Source of the DNA: Octopus sinensis
Taxonomy: Eukaryota
DNA: 64,000 nt
Direction: 5' to 3'
NCBI RefSeq assembly: GCF_006345805.1
Contig: NC_043003.1
Span: 7,564,001 to 7,628,000, forward strand
Made by a program: the position numbers and the translations under genes. Below are positions 21,976 through 36,621 of this stretch, one piece after another (position 1 is the stretch's first letter; each line of letters starts with the position of its first letter). The notes beneath the pieces are model-generated. The model ran no database searches. It saw only the letters and a list, made by a program, of their open reading frames with translations, and had not been told where the DNA came from.

Positions 21976-22579
21976 GTGGGCGGCCGAAAGATCAAGAAGG
22001 GTGTCGAAGAAAAGTGGGGCAACAATAGGGTGGCCAAAAGGGGGCGATGGATGTACCCCCACCAAAAAATAAAAAAAAACAATGGGTTGATTACGTTAAG
22101 TTTTATTTATGAAATAGTTGTTTTGAATTTGTTGCAGAAAGCGGTCTACGTTTGTGGTACTGGGCGGGGTTGGGGTGGGGGCACTAGGAATGTAACTCGA
22201 GTGTCAAGGGGCAGGGGGGGCTCGAAAAAGATTCGGAGCCACTGCAGTAGGGGCATATCGTCAAACGGTTCAGCTTTGCTTTGTGGATAATGCTTTGGGA
22301 AGCTGCTCTATATAATCTCGCATCTTCTTCCCCTCCATCTTGTGACTCGTACCCTGGTGATCATAGCGTTTCAAGTGCCCTGACCACCCCCCATCCATTG
22401 ACATCCAGATTGGTTATTTACAGGAATTAGAATGGTAATTGGAGATAACCAGGTGGCGTGGCTGTGTGGTAAGAAGTTTGTTTCTCAACCACATGGTTCC
22501 GGGTTCAGTCCCACTGCGTGGCACCTTGGGCAATTGGGTGAGTGGATTTCGTAGACTAACACCGAAAGAAGACCGTCGT

Positions 22580-23257
22580 TTGTATGTATGTATGTATGTA
22601 TGTATGTATGAATGTATGTATGAATGTATGTATGAATGTATGTATGTATGTATGTATGAATGTATGTATGTATGTATGAATGTATGTGTATGTATGTATG
22701 TATGTATGTATGTGTGTGTGTATGTATGTATGTATGTATGTATGTATGAATGTATGTATGTATGAATGTATGTATGTATGTATGTATGTATGTATGTATG
22801 TATGTGTGTATGTATGTATGTGTGTATGTATGTATGTATGTATGTATGTGTGTATGTATGTGTGTATGTATGTATGTATGTATGTGTGTGTGTATGTATG
22901 TATGTATGTATGTGTGTATGTATGTGTGTATGTATGTGTGTATGTATGTATGTGTGTATGTATGCGTGTATGTATGTGTGTATGTATGTGTGTATGTATG
23001 TATGTATGTATGTATGTATGTATGTATGTATGTATGTATGCGTGTATGTATGTATGTATGTATGTATGTATGTATGTATGCGTGTATGTATGTATGTATG
23101 TATGTATGTATGTATGTATGTGTGTATGTGTGTATGTATGTGTGTATGTATGTATGTATGTATGTATGTATGTATGTATGTATGCGTGTATGTATGTATG
23201 TATGTATGTATGTATGTATGTATGTATGTATGTGTGTGTGTATGTATGTATGTATGT
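22580..23257. repeat. ~680-bp (TATG)n/(TG)n microsatellite expanded inside a family A SINE
   Basis: SINE head at 22450-22578 and SINE tail at 23275-23470 flank the array. Confidence 0.9.
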
Positions 23258-23619
23258 GCGCTGGTGCGCGCGTGTTTCTGTGTGTTCCCCACCACCACTT
23301 GACAAACAGCGTTGGGGTGTTTACGTCTCGGTAGCTTAGCGGTTCGGCAAAAGAGACCGATCGAATAGGTACCAGGCTTAAAAGACTAAGAAGTTCTGGG
23401 GCCTATTCGTTCTACAAGTCGATGCCCCAGCATGGCCGCAGTCTAACGACTGAATCAAGTTTAAGATAAAAGAGCCTACAGTCCCGCCTCTGGACGGAAC
23501 GTCCGTCCGACGAAGGGCTAACTTGCTTGGAACTCATTTGCATAAATTGTTGAGCACTACAGGCGAGAAATACCTCGCAAAACATTCCTTATACGAATAC
23601 GCATGCGCATTATTACTGA

Positions 23620-24010
23620 GCAAACATACACGCCTACACACACGCGTACACATACTCGTACACACAAGCGTACACATATGCGATACGCATACACGCACAC
23701 ATACACACATGCGTACACACACGCGTACACAGACACATATACACACGCGTACATACACATACATGCACGCGTACACACACGCGTACACACACGCGTACAC
23801 ACACGCGTACACACACGCGTACACACACGCGTACACATACATATACACACTCGTACACACACGCGTACACACACACACATACACGCATGATTACACACAT
23901 GCGTACACTTGCGATAGGCGCACACGCACACGTACACACATGCATACACACATGCGACACGCGTACACACAGGCGTACACACGCACATACACATACACAT
24001 GCGCGTATAC
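23620..24010. repeat. (ACACACGCGT)n-like compound repeat
   Basis: Direct reading. Confidence 0.85.
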
Positions 24011-24229
24011 ACTCATGAGATGAAGTATTTTGCTCAAGAGCTCAACGCACCGCTCGATCCAGGAATGGAAACCACAATCTTACGAGCGCGTACACGCTGG
24101 CACACACACACACAAATACACACACACACACACCAGTGGCGTAGATAATATGTGTGCCGTAGGGGGAAGCTTTTGTATTTACTGTGCCACCCCCACCGCC
24201 CTTCCAAGTCTAGAAAGGCTTATATAGCA

Positions 24230-24895
24230 GACCCAGAAGTGACTGTGTCCTCCAATATCCATGACCTCATCTCCTCCTCCCATCTCCCCCATCGCATCCA
24301 GCCTCATTGTCCGCACACCTCGCCCCCCCCCCACATGTTATTTCCTCCTCCAAATCCACAAACCTAACAACCTTGGCCGCCCCATCGTCTCCGCCTGCAA
24401 CTGCCCCACCGAACTCATCTCCAGATGTCTTGACCATGTTCTTGCCCCCTTAGTGGTTTCCCTCCCCTCTCGCCTCCATGACACTAACCATGCGCTTCGT
24501 TTGTTCAACTCTTTCTTCTTCCCTCATGGCTCCTCTAAACTTCTCTTCACTCCCGACATCCAGAGCCTTTACACGGTGATCCCTCACCACGAGGGGCTGT
24601 GTGCAGCATTTCCTTGACCTTTGACCCAACCCCCAACCGGACACAGCCACACTCGTTCGTCTGGCCGAACTTGTCCTCTTACTCAACTGATTCTCGTTCG
24701 CTGATGATTTTTTACCTGCTGGTGATTTTTACCTGCATTTCTACCAATGCCATCTACTGCATCTCCTGCTCTCTCTGCCCTTCTCTATACATCGGGCAAA
24801 CGGGATGCCGCTTGGCTCATCTGTACGCGGAACACCTCCGAGACATCCGACTCGGCAATGATACCTCGGTCTCGCACCATTTCCACTCTACCGGT
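24230..24895 (+). mobile_element. Penelope-like retroelement remnant: N-terminal RT followed by GIY-YIG endonuclease, internally deleted
   Basis: HKPNNLGRPIVS..CPT, DI.SLYT.IP, LVRLAELVL, then AIYCISCSLCPSLYIGQTG.RL...EH (PLE GIY-YIG). Confidence 0.85.
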
Positions 24896-25214
24896 CACTG
24901 TGTTCAAATTGTCCTTGCACAGGGGCTATCCGGACTACCCCCACCTCTACCCCCACGCTCAGCCTAACCCACATGATCCACCTCTACCCCCACTCTCAGC
25001 CTAACTCACACCCCACCCTTGCTTTCGTCATAGATACATACATACACACGTACATACATACATATTACGCTTATGTCTGAAATGGTTTTCTGCTTCGCGT
25101 CGAAGAAAAGCAGGAGTTATGTCCCCTTACTACTTGTATCGGACCTTCTCAAATGTAAATGGAAATGCATAACGAAAGATGCGCCTTTACACACGTATTT
25201 TGTACACACACACA

Positions 25215-25281
<67 letters not shown>

Positions 25282-26018
25282 GCATGCATGCACGCACGCA
25301 TGCATTAACGCACAGAGCATCTGATCACACTACAATACATAAATATACATCCACATATTCAGGTATTTACTATTTACTAAATTATTTCTTTACTTCCCAA
25401 AAGGGGCTAAAAATACAGGGTACAAACAAGGACAGACGAAGGGATTAAGTCGATTACATCGACCCCAGTACGTAACTGGTACTTAATTTATCGACCCCGT
25501 AAGGATGAAAGGCAAAGTTGACCTCGGCGGAATTTGAACTCAAAACGTAAAGAGAGACGAAATGCCGCTAAGCATTTCGCCCGGCGCGCTAACGTTTCTG
25601 CCTACTCGCCACCTTCAATATTTACTTACTTGACTCTTTCACACCATCTTACACATTTCATTATACACACGAACAACTGGTTTGATCGTCATACCTACAC
25701 AAGTGTGGACCCGTTCGATTTGTTTTCCCACAACTCTTTAGGAAAATGGGTATTTTGTGATGAAATTGCCTACAAATACGCTCCAGATGGAGTAGGTTAC
25801 AATTATATACTCTTTTACTCTTTTACTTGTTTCAGTCATTTGACTGCGGCCATGCTGGAGCACCGCCTTTAGTCGAGCAAATCGACCCCGGGACTTATTC
25901 TTTGTAAGCCCATTACTTATTCTATCGGTCTCTTTTGCCGAACCGCTAAGTGACGGGGACGTAAACACACCAACATCGGCTGTCAAGCAATGCTAGGGTG
26001 ACAAACACAGACACACAA

Positions 26019-26055
<37 letters not shown>

Positions 26056-26913
26056 CATATATACGACAGGCTTCTTTCAGTTTCCGTCTACCAAATCCAC
26101 TCATAAGGCATTGGTCGGCCCGGGGCTATAGCAGAAGACACTTGCCCAAGATGCCACGCAGTGGGACTGAACCCGGAACCATGTGGTTGTTTAGCAAGCT
26201 ACTTACCACACACCCACTCCTGCGCCTGTCGGAATTTTATGAGAAAAAGGCGGGGAAAATGGTGAGCCAGCACAGATACATCCTGACACACATCACATTT
26301 ATATCTACAGAATAGAATTTGAAATTTCGAAACAAATGTGATGTGAGTCAGTATATATGTGTGTGCACCTACCAGTTTTTTTTTCACTTTAAATTCCGAT
26401 AGAATCGTAATCTACACCGTCTGAAAGGTATTTGTAGAAAATTCCATTAAAAAAAATTTTCCCTTTATCTGAACGTTATGAGGAAACAAAGTCTTGGCGA
26501 GTCACACTAATGTTTGTATGTCGACTATTCTACGCCAAAGTGTAAACTACTGCTCTCCTACAACTTGAACTCGTTACGCTGACCATGATATATTCCAGTT
26601 TTCGTTTTAGTACGAAATAATGGCAACCACATTATTTCTTATCTACCAATGAGACAATCAGACACGTTTAGTCGTGATCCTGTGTTTGATAGGGTTTTAA
26701 AATAATCCCATAAAGTAAGCGAAAAAGAAAACCTATCGTTATTTTCTACAATAATAATAATAATGGACATTGTTGTATACAGTGCTTAAGATTGTTGTAT
26801 CTGCCCATTACTATTCTTGGGTTTTATTGCACCCCGGTCAGTCGGTGAACCCTTCACCCTGTATAAAATTCTATTGCATAATATAATCAGTACCTGCCCC
26901 TGTAGGTTTATAT

Positions 26914-27043
<130 letters not shown>

Positions 27044-27704
27044 ATCTTGCAAACATGAAGTGGATTCGATCCACCACAGCCAAATTTAAATTAACACTGC
27101 AACAGAACTTTTCCCAGTTTTACATTTTCCAGGTGCCTTTAGCTAGGCCGAAACAATGTCTTCACCACTTGACCCTTTCTAACCTCTTCTACTTCACCAA
27201 AAGCTAGAATAGAGATAACAAGACCACCAACTAAATCTATTGTTCTCAATGATATATCTATCCTTCTGGATAGTTATATAAGCAATCACACCCCAAGCAA
27301 AAATCAGTTAGTCACTGCGGTGACAACTCAGTGAGAACGAAGTCTGGCTGACCAGCTAGAACTTTGGTCAGAGGGAGAAATAAAGTTTACTGTCAGCAAC
27401 GTCCCACACCCTACAACTCTCACTAGCTCTAATTCTGTACTCTTACAACATCATTCTATCTCTCTCTGTGTTTACTACTAAACAATGAAGAGGATACAAA
27501 CACAAACTTTACTTCGCATGCTTTTGTATTTATAATAACCTGCCCGTCGAGACAAGGCATTTGTAACGTAACGGTAAATAAATATTTCTTAAAACTTCAT
27601 ACATGTTGACAATATTATGATATGTTGTGGTCAGCAGATGCAACGATAAATGATTTGTGGTTATAATTGTTTACTGTAGGATGTGAAAGATGAACAATAT
27701 ATGA

Positions 27705-29062
27705 AGTTTTAAGCCTTATCCCGACCCTACCATCACCAAACTAGAACGCATTCTCTTCCGCTTCTTGTGGAAAGGATGCTTCCCGATGGTCAGGCGATCC
27801 ATTTGCTGTCAATATCCGTTAAAAGGAGGACTGTGCATGCCGTAGTTGATGATGCACAGACACGCGCTGAGACTGCAATATCTCCGGCTCTACGTAGACG
27901 ATGGTGAACAGGTGTGGTCGCCGTTTGTGAGGCACACTTTCCCGCAGCTAGTCTCCATGACCGAACTGCAGTCGTGGATCAAAAAGAGGTCGAGGAAGGG
28001 CGAATGGCACCGCGAGTGTCGCGTTGATCTCAAACAACTATGCCATCCCGGGTCGACCTTGAGCGACTTCAACACAACCAAAGCATTCTATAGGGGATTA
28101 GTAGAGGGGAGGTACGACGACGAGCTCGGGGCGAATCCCGGCGTCGACGAGGAATACCTGACCCGCCTGTTCAAGACGACTTTCGGGCCGGGACCTATGG
28201 ACAACTTCCAGAGATCCCTGGCCTGGCGGTGCTACCAAGAAGCGCTACCCGTTCGGGATAAGCTCTATAGGCATGGCTCGAGAAACACGGGGCCGACCTG
28301 CCCGAGATGCGGGCAGAGCGACGAAACCGCTCTGCACGCAATCGTGCAGTGTCCAGCAATTTCCGATCTGTGGGCTTATGTCGAACGACTGCTGTCACGT
28401 GTGGGACGTGTCGGTTTATCAGCTGAGTCTATCGTTAATATCGTCACGCCTCCTTCCTTCAAACGGGAAGGAAGAGCTATTTTTATCATCCTTGTGGCAA
28501 TGGCGAAAGAATGTATCTGGTGGACGCGCCTGAAAGGATTAGAGACAAACACTTTCCTCTCTGGTCAATCTCTCATCAACTTCTTCAAGTATCACTTGAA
28601 GAGGAAAGTGAGAGTAGAGAGGCAAGTTTTGTCTAGTGAATGTTTTAAAAGATGGGTGAATGTAGCAAGGATGGCACGTATGAATGACGAAGCCACCTTG
28701 ACTATGATTCTATGAACCGTAAAAATTAATACAGAGAGTTGCTTATTTGCAAAAAAAAAAAAGAAATATAAATGTGACTTCATTGACCGAGGTTACCGTG
28801 GTCTTTTCCGTAGGCTTTTCTTTCCACGGGTAAACCTCACCTATCCTCCCTTTACACTTCATATTGACATTTCTGTGATAACGATCCCTATTGATCAATT
28901 CCCCCCCACCGTTTTTTTTATTCCCCCCTTTTTTGTCCTCTTTCTTTCCCTTTACGATCCCTTTTGATCGAAAACCAAACCCCCTTTTTTACCCCCCCAA
29001 GAAAAGCTCTACCTTGTAATTTGTCCTGTCTGTGTGCAGCCCTGTGTGGCTAATAAAGAAAC
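27705..29062 (+). mobile_element. L1/Tx1-like LINE 3' part (post-RT region and CCHC zinc knuckle), with an open 289-aa frame at 27846-28715
   Basis: KLERILFRFLWKG; LAWRC..ALPVRDKL..HG..CPRCG..ET..HAIVQCP (zf-RVT-like); 3' UTR ending AATAAAGAAACA then TCTA/TCCA repeats. Confidence 0.85.
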
Positions 29063-29545
<483 letters not shown>

Positions 29546-30165
29546 TATTTTTTTCTTCTATGCATTGCACTGTGTCACATGTATGAAATATCGCAACGAC
29601 ACAAATACACGCTGCAGCACGGGATCTTAATTTACTGACTGAAAGATGATATTCCGATATTCCGATATTCCGATATTCCGAGTCACATCTGATAAATCAC
29701 ATGCATAGGCCTATGTGTGGCAAATTTTTATGGGTGTCTCTTCATTTTCCATTCTCAGATTAGCCAGAAACAGATCAATTCTATGCATGTTTCTCCAATA
29801 CAACAAAGCAAACAAGCTTGCTAGTGGGACAGATTAAAATAGAAACCGACGCTTTAAATGGCGAAAATTGTTGGTTTATTTCTTTGATACTGCTCTCGTT
29901 TCAATATGAAGTAAATGCTGATTTGAAAGTGGCGTCTTTCGGAAAGATAGAGTCTAGAAGTATATGAAAAAGTTATATTTATTATCATTGTTATTGTTAC
30001 TTACATTCTGTTAAATGCTTGACTGCAATTTTCTCAACATGTTTTTAAAGATGTTGGAATTTCTCAGAGGTCAGCACTGATGAATAATTATTATTTCACC
30101 TGAAAAAAACAACAACAAACAAAACTGCTGCTTGAAATGGATCCTTTTGAGTAGTAAATACATGA

Positions 30166-30712
30166 CTATGAGACGTTTTGGCATAGCCGTTTTAGTGTCG
30201 CCTGTTTGGCGCCGCTGTTTCCACGCTGACTTATCGATATCAGACATTTTAATGCTTCTCTCGTTCTCCCTCTCTGTTTATGTGTGTGAGCACGTTTCTA
30301 TTTATGCGAGTGAAGAGAGGAAAACTGTTTATGTCACTCATGTTCTTTTAATTCACTGTAATGCCTCTCGCTCTCATCTCTCTCCTTGTTTATGTTTGTG
30401 AGCGTAATCCCCTTTAAGTGTACGAGGAATGAGAAAGTGTTTATGTCAATCCTGTTTAATTAACAAATTGTAATCTATCTCTCATTCTCTCTCTTTCCCT
30501 CTGTGTATGTGTGTGATTATATTTCTCTTTAATTGTTTGAGGAGAAGGAAAGTGTTTACGTTAATCATGTTTAATTAATAAATTGCAATCGCTCTCTCTC
30601 TTTTCTATCTCTCTTATTTTCACTATCTCTATGTAAAAACACTGTCGCCAAAACAGGCTACATGTCCGGTCACCAGTGACTAAACAGCTACGCCCAATCG
30701 TCTCATACTTTG
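30166..30712. mobile_element. Mutator-like (MULE) non-autonomous element
   Basis: 9-10-bp direct repeat AATACATGA(C) at 30157 and 30713; degenerate TIRs TATGAGACG...GGCATAGCCG...GCCTGTTTGGCG. Confidence 0.65.
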
Positions 30713-31130
30713 AATACATGACAGCACGACCATCTGTATTTCTTGGCGATGGTCGTGGAATGTTCTTTTCAGCATCGCTGCGTATGTTTCTGAAACAATG
30801 TTGCATTGAGATTTTCTGTGTGTTTAGTAGTTTTAAAAATGTACTACGAAAGGGAGTTTCCTAACTCCCCGGAGGGAGAGATAGAGAGAAGCTGCACCAG
30901 CGTTTGGTTGCTAGTTGTTGCTGATATCTAAAACATCATTTCATAGTTGCAGAAATTACTTTTAGGATATTCGAAACACTACGCAAAATATACATGTGTT
31001 CTGTTTCCGTCTCAAGTTGAAAAATAATGTCAAAGGGGTCTTTTATTTGAATGGCTTTAATGTTTTTGTAAGTAAATCAGAAGAGACTTCTTACGTTGTT
31101 TTCGGGTGTGTCTTTCAGTTAAAGATTTCA

Positions 31131-32172
31131 TTATTACCTCCCCCTTAACGAAGGCGGAGGTATTGTTTTTAGTCGTATTTGCTCGTTTGTCCGTGGAAAG
31201 ATATCTCAAGAACTGCTGGATGGAATCGGATGAAACTTTCAAGGATGTTTGGCCTTGTGACTGGCACGAACTGATTAGATTTTGGGATCGACCCGGTATC
31301 GAACAAGGATTCTGGATTATTCTTTATATTTGCTTTATTTTACATGCAGTATTACGATCTTACATTCTTTCAAGTCTTTCTCTGCTTATCTCCCTTGAAA
31401 GCAAGCTCATGGTTTCCACGTAAGCTATGTGGCGTTGCTGTTTCTAAAGATTTGTTTTCGTTTCTCTTTTATTAGTTTTACTCGCGTCTCTCAAACTAGA
31501 TAAACAAAAGGCAGCAAAACCGTTCAGAAATGAAATAACATTAACATATTCAGTAACAATAATAAATTTAATTTATCCCTGACAATTTTTAGTTTCACCA
31601 ATTTTGAATATATCGCTTCAGTTTAAAACCTACTTGACAATTACATTTTTAGCTCTGCCTTGAAGGAAGCTTTACTTCTTAGACTCACGTTTTTGTGCGC
31701 AACAATGTCGTTAAACCTCCGTTAACAGCACCGTATGCAGATCCTTTGCGTTTTCTTTCCCATACGGATACATTTTTCGCTATAGACATTAATGGTTGTA
31801 AAGACACTATGTCAGTGGATAGACTAAAAAGGACCTTCATAGAGAAACCTGTCCCTGTTCCCACTGCAGACCACACACACACACACACAGTGCCAGCATG
31901 GTATTTACAAACACGGCCTGCACACCCACCTTCACATTCCAAGCCTATTATTGGGATCGATCAGGTACCGGACAAGGATTCTGGATTATTTTTCTGGTTT
32001 TTTTTTTTAACTTAATTTTTGAGAGCGGTCGGGTTCATTTATAGTATTCTCTTTTGTGAAAGCAGTCGAGTTTATTTCAGACATTCTCATTCTAAAAATC
32101 CTCTCTGGCTGATCGTTGAGAGGACGTTGGTGTTGCCTTGGCGGAGGTTTGCGCTCTCTGATTGCTCTTGTT
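31131..32172 (+). mobile_element. Helentron/HINE-like non-autonomous element with an internal duplication and a Gypsy fragment
   Basis: 5' TTATTACCTCC...GGCGGAGG, body ...GATATCTCAAGAACTGCTGGATGGAATCGGATGAAACTT..., 3' TTGGCGGAGGTTTGCGCTCTCTGATTGCTC. Confidence 0.55.
31683..31844 (+). pseudogene. Ty3/Gypsy integrase C-terminal (GPY/F module) remnant
   Basis: THVFVRNNVVKPPLTAPYADPLRFLSHTDTFFAIDINGCKDTMSVDRLK resembles the consensus THVFVR.D.VRKPLQPPY.GPY.V...K.F.L.ING...VSIDRLKP. Confidence 0.75.
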
Positions 32173-33930
32173 TTATTTGGTTTGCAAGATTTTTGATGTG
32201 AACTCATATGCTGAAACAGATTGTTTTGTTATCTCGGTAGCGTCGTTGTGCCAATAATGATAAACACACCCACTGGTTCTGTTTCACTTCTTTTATTATT
32301 ATTAGTCAATTTGTTAACATTTACTCAATTAAATAGTCAATTGATTGATTAATCATTGTGTGAGTCAATCAATCAGATTTCTGAGAGTCCTTCATTGCTA
32401 TTCACGACCTTTGGGCATCATCGATGAGGTTGCCAATAGAAACGAAAGAATTTTGAACAAATCCAGCTGATTGACTGACCGAGTGATTATTCAAACAATC
32501 GATTGGTTAATTGGTTGAATGTTAACGAATTAACTAATAATAACAAAAGAAGTGAAAGAGAACCAGTGTTTATATGTATTCTTCGCATAGTGACCCTCCC
32601 GAAATACAACACTTTCAGTTAAAGATATTATTTTAAAGATTTGTTCTTCAATTTTATTTTCAAAGCTGATGTCCTCTAGGAGTTTCTTTCATGGTGTCTT
32701 TCCACTGCCTTTGTCGACGTAACATATTCGTGCCCCAAGGCGGTGAGCTGGCGGAAACGCTAGCACGCCGGACGAAATGCATAGAGGTATTTCGTCTGTC
32801 TTTACGATCTGAGTTCAAATTCCGCCAAGGTCGTCTTTCGAGGTTGATAAATTAAGTACCAGTTGCGTACTGGGGTCGATCTAATCGACTGGTACCTTGC
32901 CCCAAAATTTCGGGCCTTGTGCCTAGAGTAGAAAAGAACATTCTCGTGCCCCTTTACTGGTCGACGTCGCACACAACGTGAACGTTTCTTTGTGTATTAT
33001 GTCTGCGACAACAGATGATGTCATGAGGATAAAAGTCTGTTAAATGGCCAAACTTAACCTTTACTAGAAGCAAGGGTTTCGCTTTCAAATGATGAATTAT
33101 AAAATAAATTTCTGGAAAGGGCTGGGTAGGGACTTTGGTGTTATCTTTTTAAAGTAATCTTTTATCTTTTATCTGTTTTAGTCATTGGACTGTGGCCATG
33201 CTGGGGCAGTGCCTTGATAGGCGGCGAGCTGGCAGAAACGTTAGCACGCCAGGCGAAATGATTAGCGGTATTTCGTCTGTCGTTACGTTCTGAGTTCAAA
33301 TTCCACCGAGGTTGACTTTGCCTTTCATCTTTTCGGGGTCGATTAAATAAGCACCAGTTACGCACTGGGGTCGATATAATCGACTTAATATGTTTGTCTG
33401 TCCTTGTTTGTCCTCTCTGTGTTTAGCCCCTTGTGGTTAGTAAAGAAATAGGTATCAGTCAAACAAATCGATCCCAATGTTTATTTTAAAGTCTGGTAGT
33501 TACTCTATAGATCACTTTTGCCGAACCGGTGATTGGGATGTTAACAAACCAGCACTGGCTGTCAAGTGGTAGCAGGAGGACAAACACAAAGATACCCTTC
33601 TACACAAATATGACGGGTTTTCACACAGTTTCCGTCTACAAATCCACTCTGAAGGCATTAGTCAGTTCGGAGCTAAAGCAGAAGACAATTGCCCAAACTG
33701 CAGCGCACTGGGATTGAACTAGAAGCCATGCGGTTACAGAGTGAGCTTCTTAACTACTCACACCTCTTAAGCATGCCATGAAGTTGTTCTTAAAGTGGAT
33801 CTGAACACATAATCTATTTGCTATAAGTAATATATTTCTTGTAAATCAATGGTTTATTGAACGAGTGAGACAACTTGAATAAGCCGCCAGGTAAAACCTA
33901 AAGTCTCAGTAAAATGGATTTTATAATAAA

Positions 33931-34327
33931 CTAACAGTATGGCCCAGCGTTGCTCGGGTTTCTTTTCTTTTCGACCCTTTAGAATTGGAATTTTTGGAAA
34001 GTAAAAATTGTGCATTATGTAGCTTGTTGTTCTCTTTAAGTGAACATTTTTCTTGTTGAAATACACCGAAAAATGGCAAAACAGCAGTCAAAAAATCGTA
34101 AAAAAATAGGGATTTTCATAGAAAAAAAGCAGCTTTTTGATGTAAATAATTTTTGGTGTTAATATGGTCCGATTTGAATTATTTCTTCTACGGAAGGAAG
34201 AGCAAGCCTTCTTCTATCATACACTCAATTTTGGTCAACTTGCGCCGCAGGGTCTTGGAGGAGATAGTGTTAGTTGTAGGCTACCAAACCTGCCATACAC
34301 AGACAACTTCAGCTTTATATATAAAGA
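33931..34327 (-). mobile_element. Helitron-like non-autonomous element
   Basis: Reverse strand reads A|TCTTTATATATAAAG...CCCGAGCAACGCTGGG..CTGTTAG|T; same termini as 57609-58463. Confidence 0.7.
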
Positions 34328-34954
34328 TTTGAATCTATTCTCAGTATTAATTGCTCGCATTTGATCACTAAACGTTCCGTTGTTATTCTTAAACTTGTTA
34401 CAAGGCAATAACCCCAGCTCACACATATACACACACACGCACACAATTCTATTGAAGGTTGTTTCACTTGCTGACACAACTCACTTTTGGTCTTACAATA
34501 AGATTAGTCATAATTCTGTTTCTTTCTACATTAGGCACAACGCCTGCAATTGTGTGTGTGTGTGTGTGGGGGTCTAGTCGATTACTTCGACCTCAGTGCT
34601 CAACTGGTGCATATTTTTATTGACTCCGAAAGGATGCAAGGCAAAGTCGACCTCTGTGGAGTTCGAACTCAGAACGTAATGAGCCGGAAGAAATGCCATT
34701 CAGCAATTTGTCCGACGTTCTAAAGATTCTGTCAGCTCGTTGTTTTACTCTTTTACTTGTTTCATTTGACTGTGGTCATGCTGGAGCACCGCCTTTAGTC
34801 GAGCAAATCGACCCCAGGGCTCATTCTTTGTAAGCCTAGTACTTATTTTATTGGTCCTTTTTTGCCGAACCGCTAAGTTACGGTGACGTAAACACAACAC
34901 CATCGGTTGTCAAGCGATACCGGTAAGGGGGGGAGGAGGCAAACACAAACACAT

Positions 34955-34992
<38 letters not shown>

Positions 34993-36339
34993 GACGGGCT
35001 TCTTTCAGTTTCCGTCTACCAAATCCACTCACAAGGCTTTGGTCGGCCCGAGGCTAAAGTAGAAGACACTTGCCCAAGGTGCCACGCAGTGGGAATGAAC
35101 CCGGAACCATGTGGTTGGTAAGCAAGCTACTTACCACACAGCCACTCCTAAGCCTAGGTTTAGGAATAATTCTTTCAACTATCGATATGGCATTAATAAT
35201 TACTTGCTTTAGGAAGCAAGGATTTGGAGAAAGAGTGGGCAAAAGTTTAAGATGTGGCATTATTGCGGTTCCCTGGAGTGGTGAGCTGGCAGAATCGTTA
35301 ACACGCCGGACAAGAGGCTCAGCGGCATTTCGTCCGTCCTCACGTTCTGAGCTCAAATGCTGCCAAGGTTGACTTTACCTTTCATCCTTTTGGGGTGGAT
35401 AAATATGTACCACATGAGCACTGGGATCAATGTAATGGACTTGGCACCTCGCCACCGAAGCTTCTGGCCTTTTGGCAAAATTCGAAACCATTATTGGTGA
35501 CTTTCGGAATAGATTCCACTGCTCCATGGACAAAAAACTAAGAAAAAAAGGGGGGGGGGAGGCAAAGAATCGAGTGATTATTTCCTTCTGTGAAAGAATT
35601 CGTTCAAAACATTTAGATTTTTATGTTTTTGCTCTCTTGTACTTTTCATGGAGAAAAGTATCATATAGCCAGTACTCTTCCATAATTTCTACAGAAAATC
35701 TGAGGAGATTATCTTAACAAGTGATATAATAGAACTGCTAACACAGGAAGACACTGTTTTGATTTATTGAAATGTTTAATATATGTTGTAGTATTTCGTC
35801 TGTCTTTACGTTCTGAGTTCAAATTCCGCCGAGGTCGATTTTGCCTTTCATCCTTTCGGGTCGATAAATTAAGTACCTGATGCGTACTGGGGTATCGATC
35901 TAATCGACTGACCCCCCTCCCCCAAAATTTCGGGCCTTGTGCCTAGAGTAGAAACGAATATATTTTGTAGTATAATATGGTTCGCTAACGAAATACTGTT
36001 CCCTACTGGCCATTAAAAAATAAAGGTAGTTCCTGCATATCACTGTCTCGATCCTTAGGGTTCATAGGGCTGCTCAGCCGGTTTCCATGGGGTAAAGGGA
36101 TCGAAATCCCAATATTCAACTTCAACGAAAGTTAGCCATTTACATGAGAGCAACGTAAAAGGAAGTGTTTTGTTCAAGAACGCAACGCATTGCTCGACCC
36201 GGGAGTCGAAACTACGACCTTTCGATCATGAGGGCAACAACCCACACTCCTTCACATTCATGTGGAACTAGAAAACTCTTGAAGCAGGATAGGAAATGGG
36301 AAAAAAAACATTGTTTTACCTAGTTCACTAACAGAACGA

Positions 36340-36586
36340 TGTGGGAGTAGTAGTAATAGTATTAGTAGTGGTGGTGGCATTAATAGAAGTGGTGGTAGAC
36401 GCGGTTGTAGTGGTGTTGGAAGTAGTAGTAGTAGTGGTAGTAGTAATAGTAGTAGTATTAGTAGTTGTTGTAGTAGTGACATCATCATCACCACCACCAC
36501 CACCACCACCACCACCACCACCACCACCATCTTCATCATCATCATCATCGTCGTCATCATCATCATCGTCGTCATCATCGTCGTCG

Positions 36587-36621
<35 letters not shown>

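Noticed and set aside
22414-24023. Long ORFs (up to 294 aa) of HTYI/MYVC repeats
   Set aside because: Translations of (TATG)n/(CA)n microsatellites, open in several frames on both strands; the same applies to ORFs at 29032-29630, 36258-37429, 38006-38538, 41062-41561, 49041-51283, 52846-53356 and 59580-60055.
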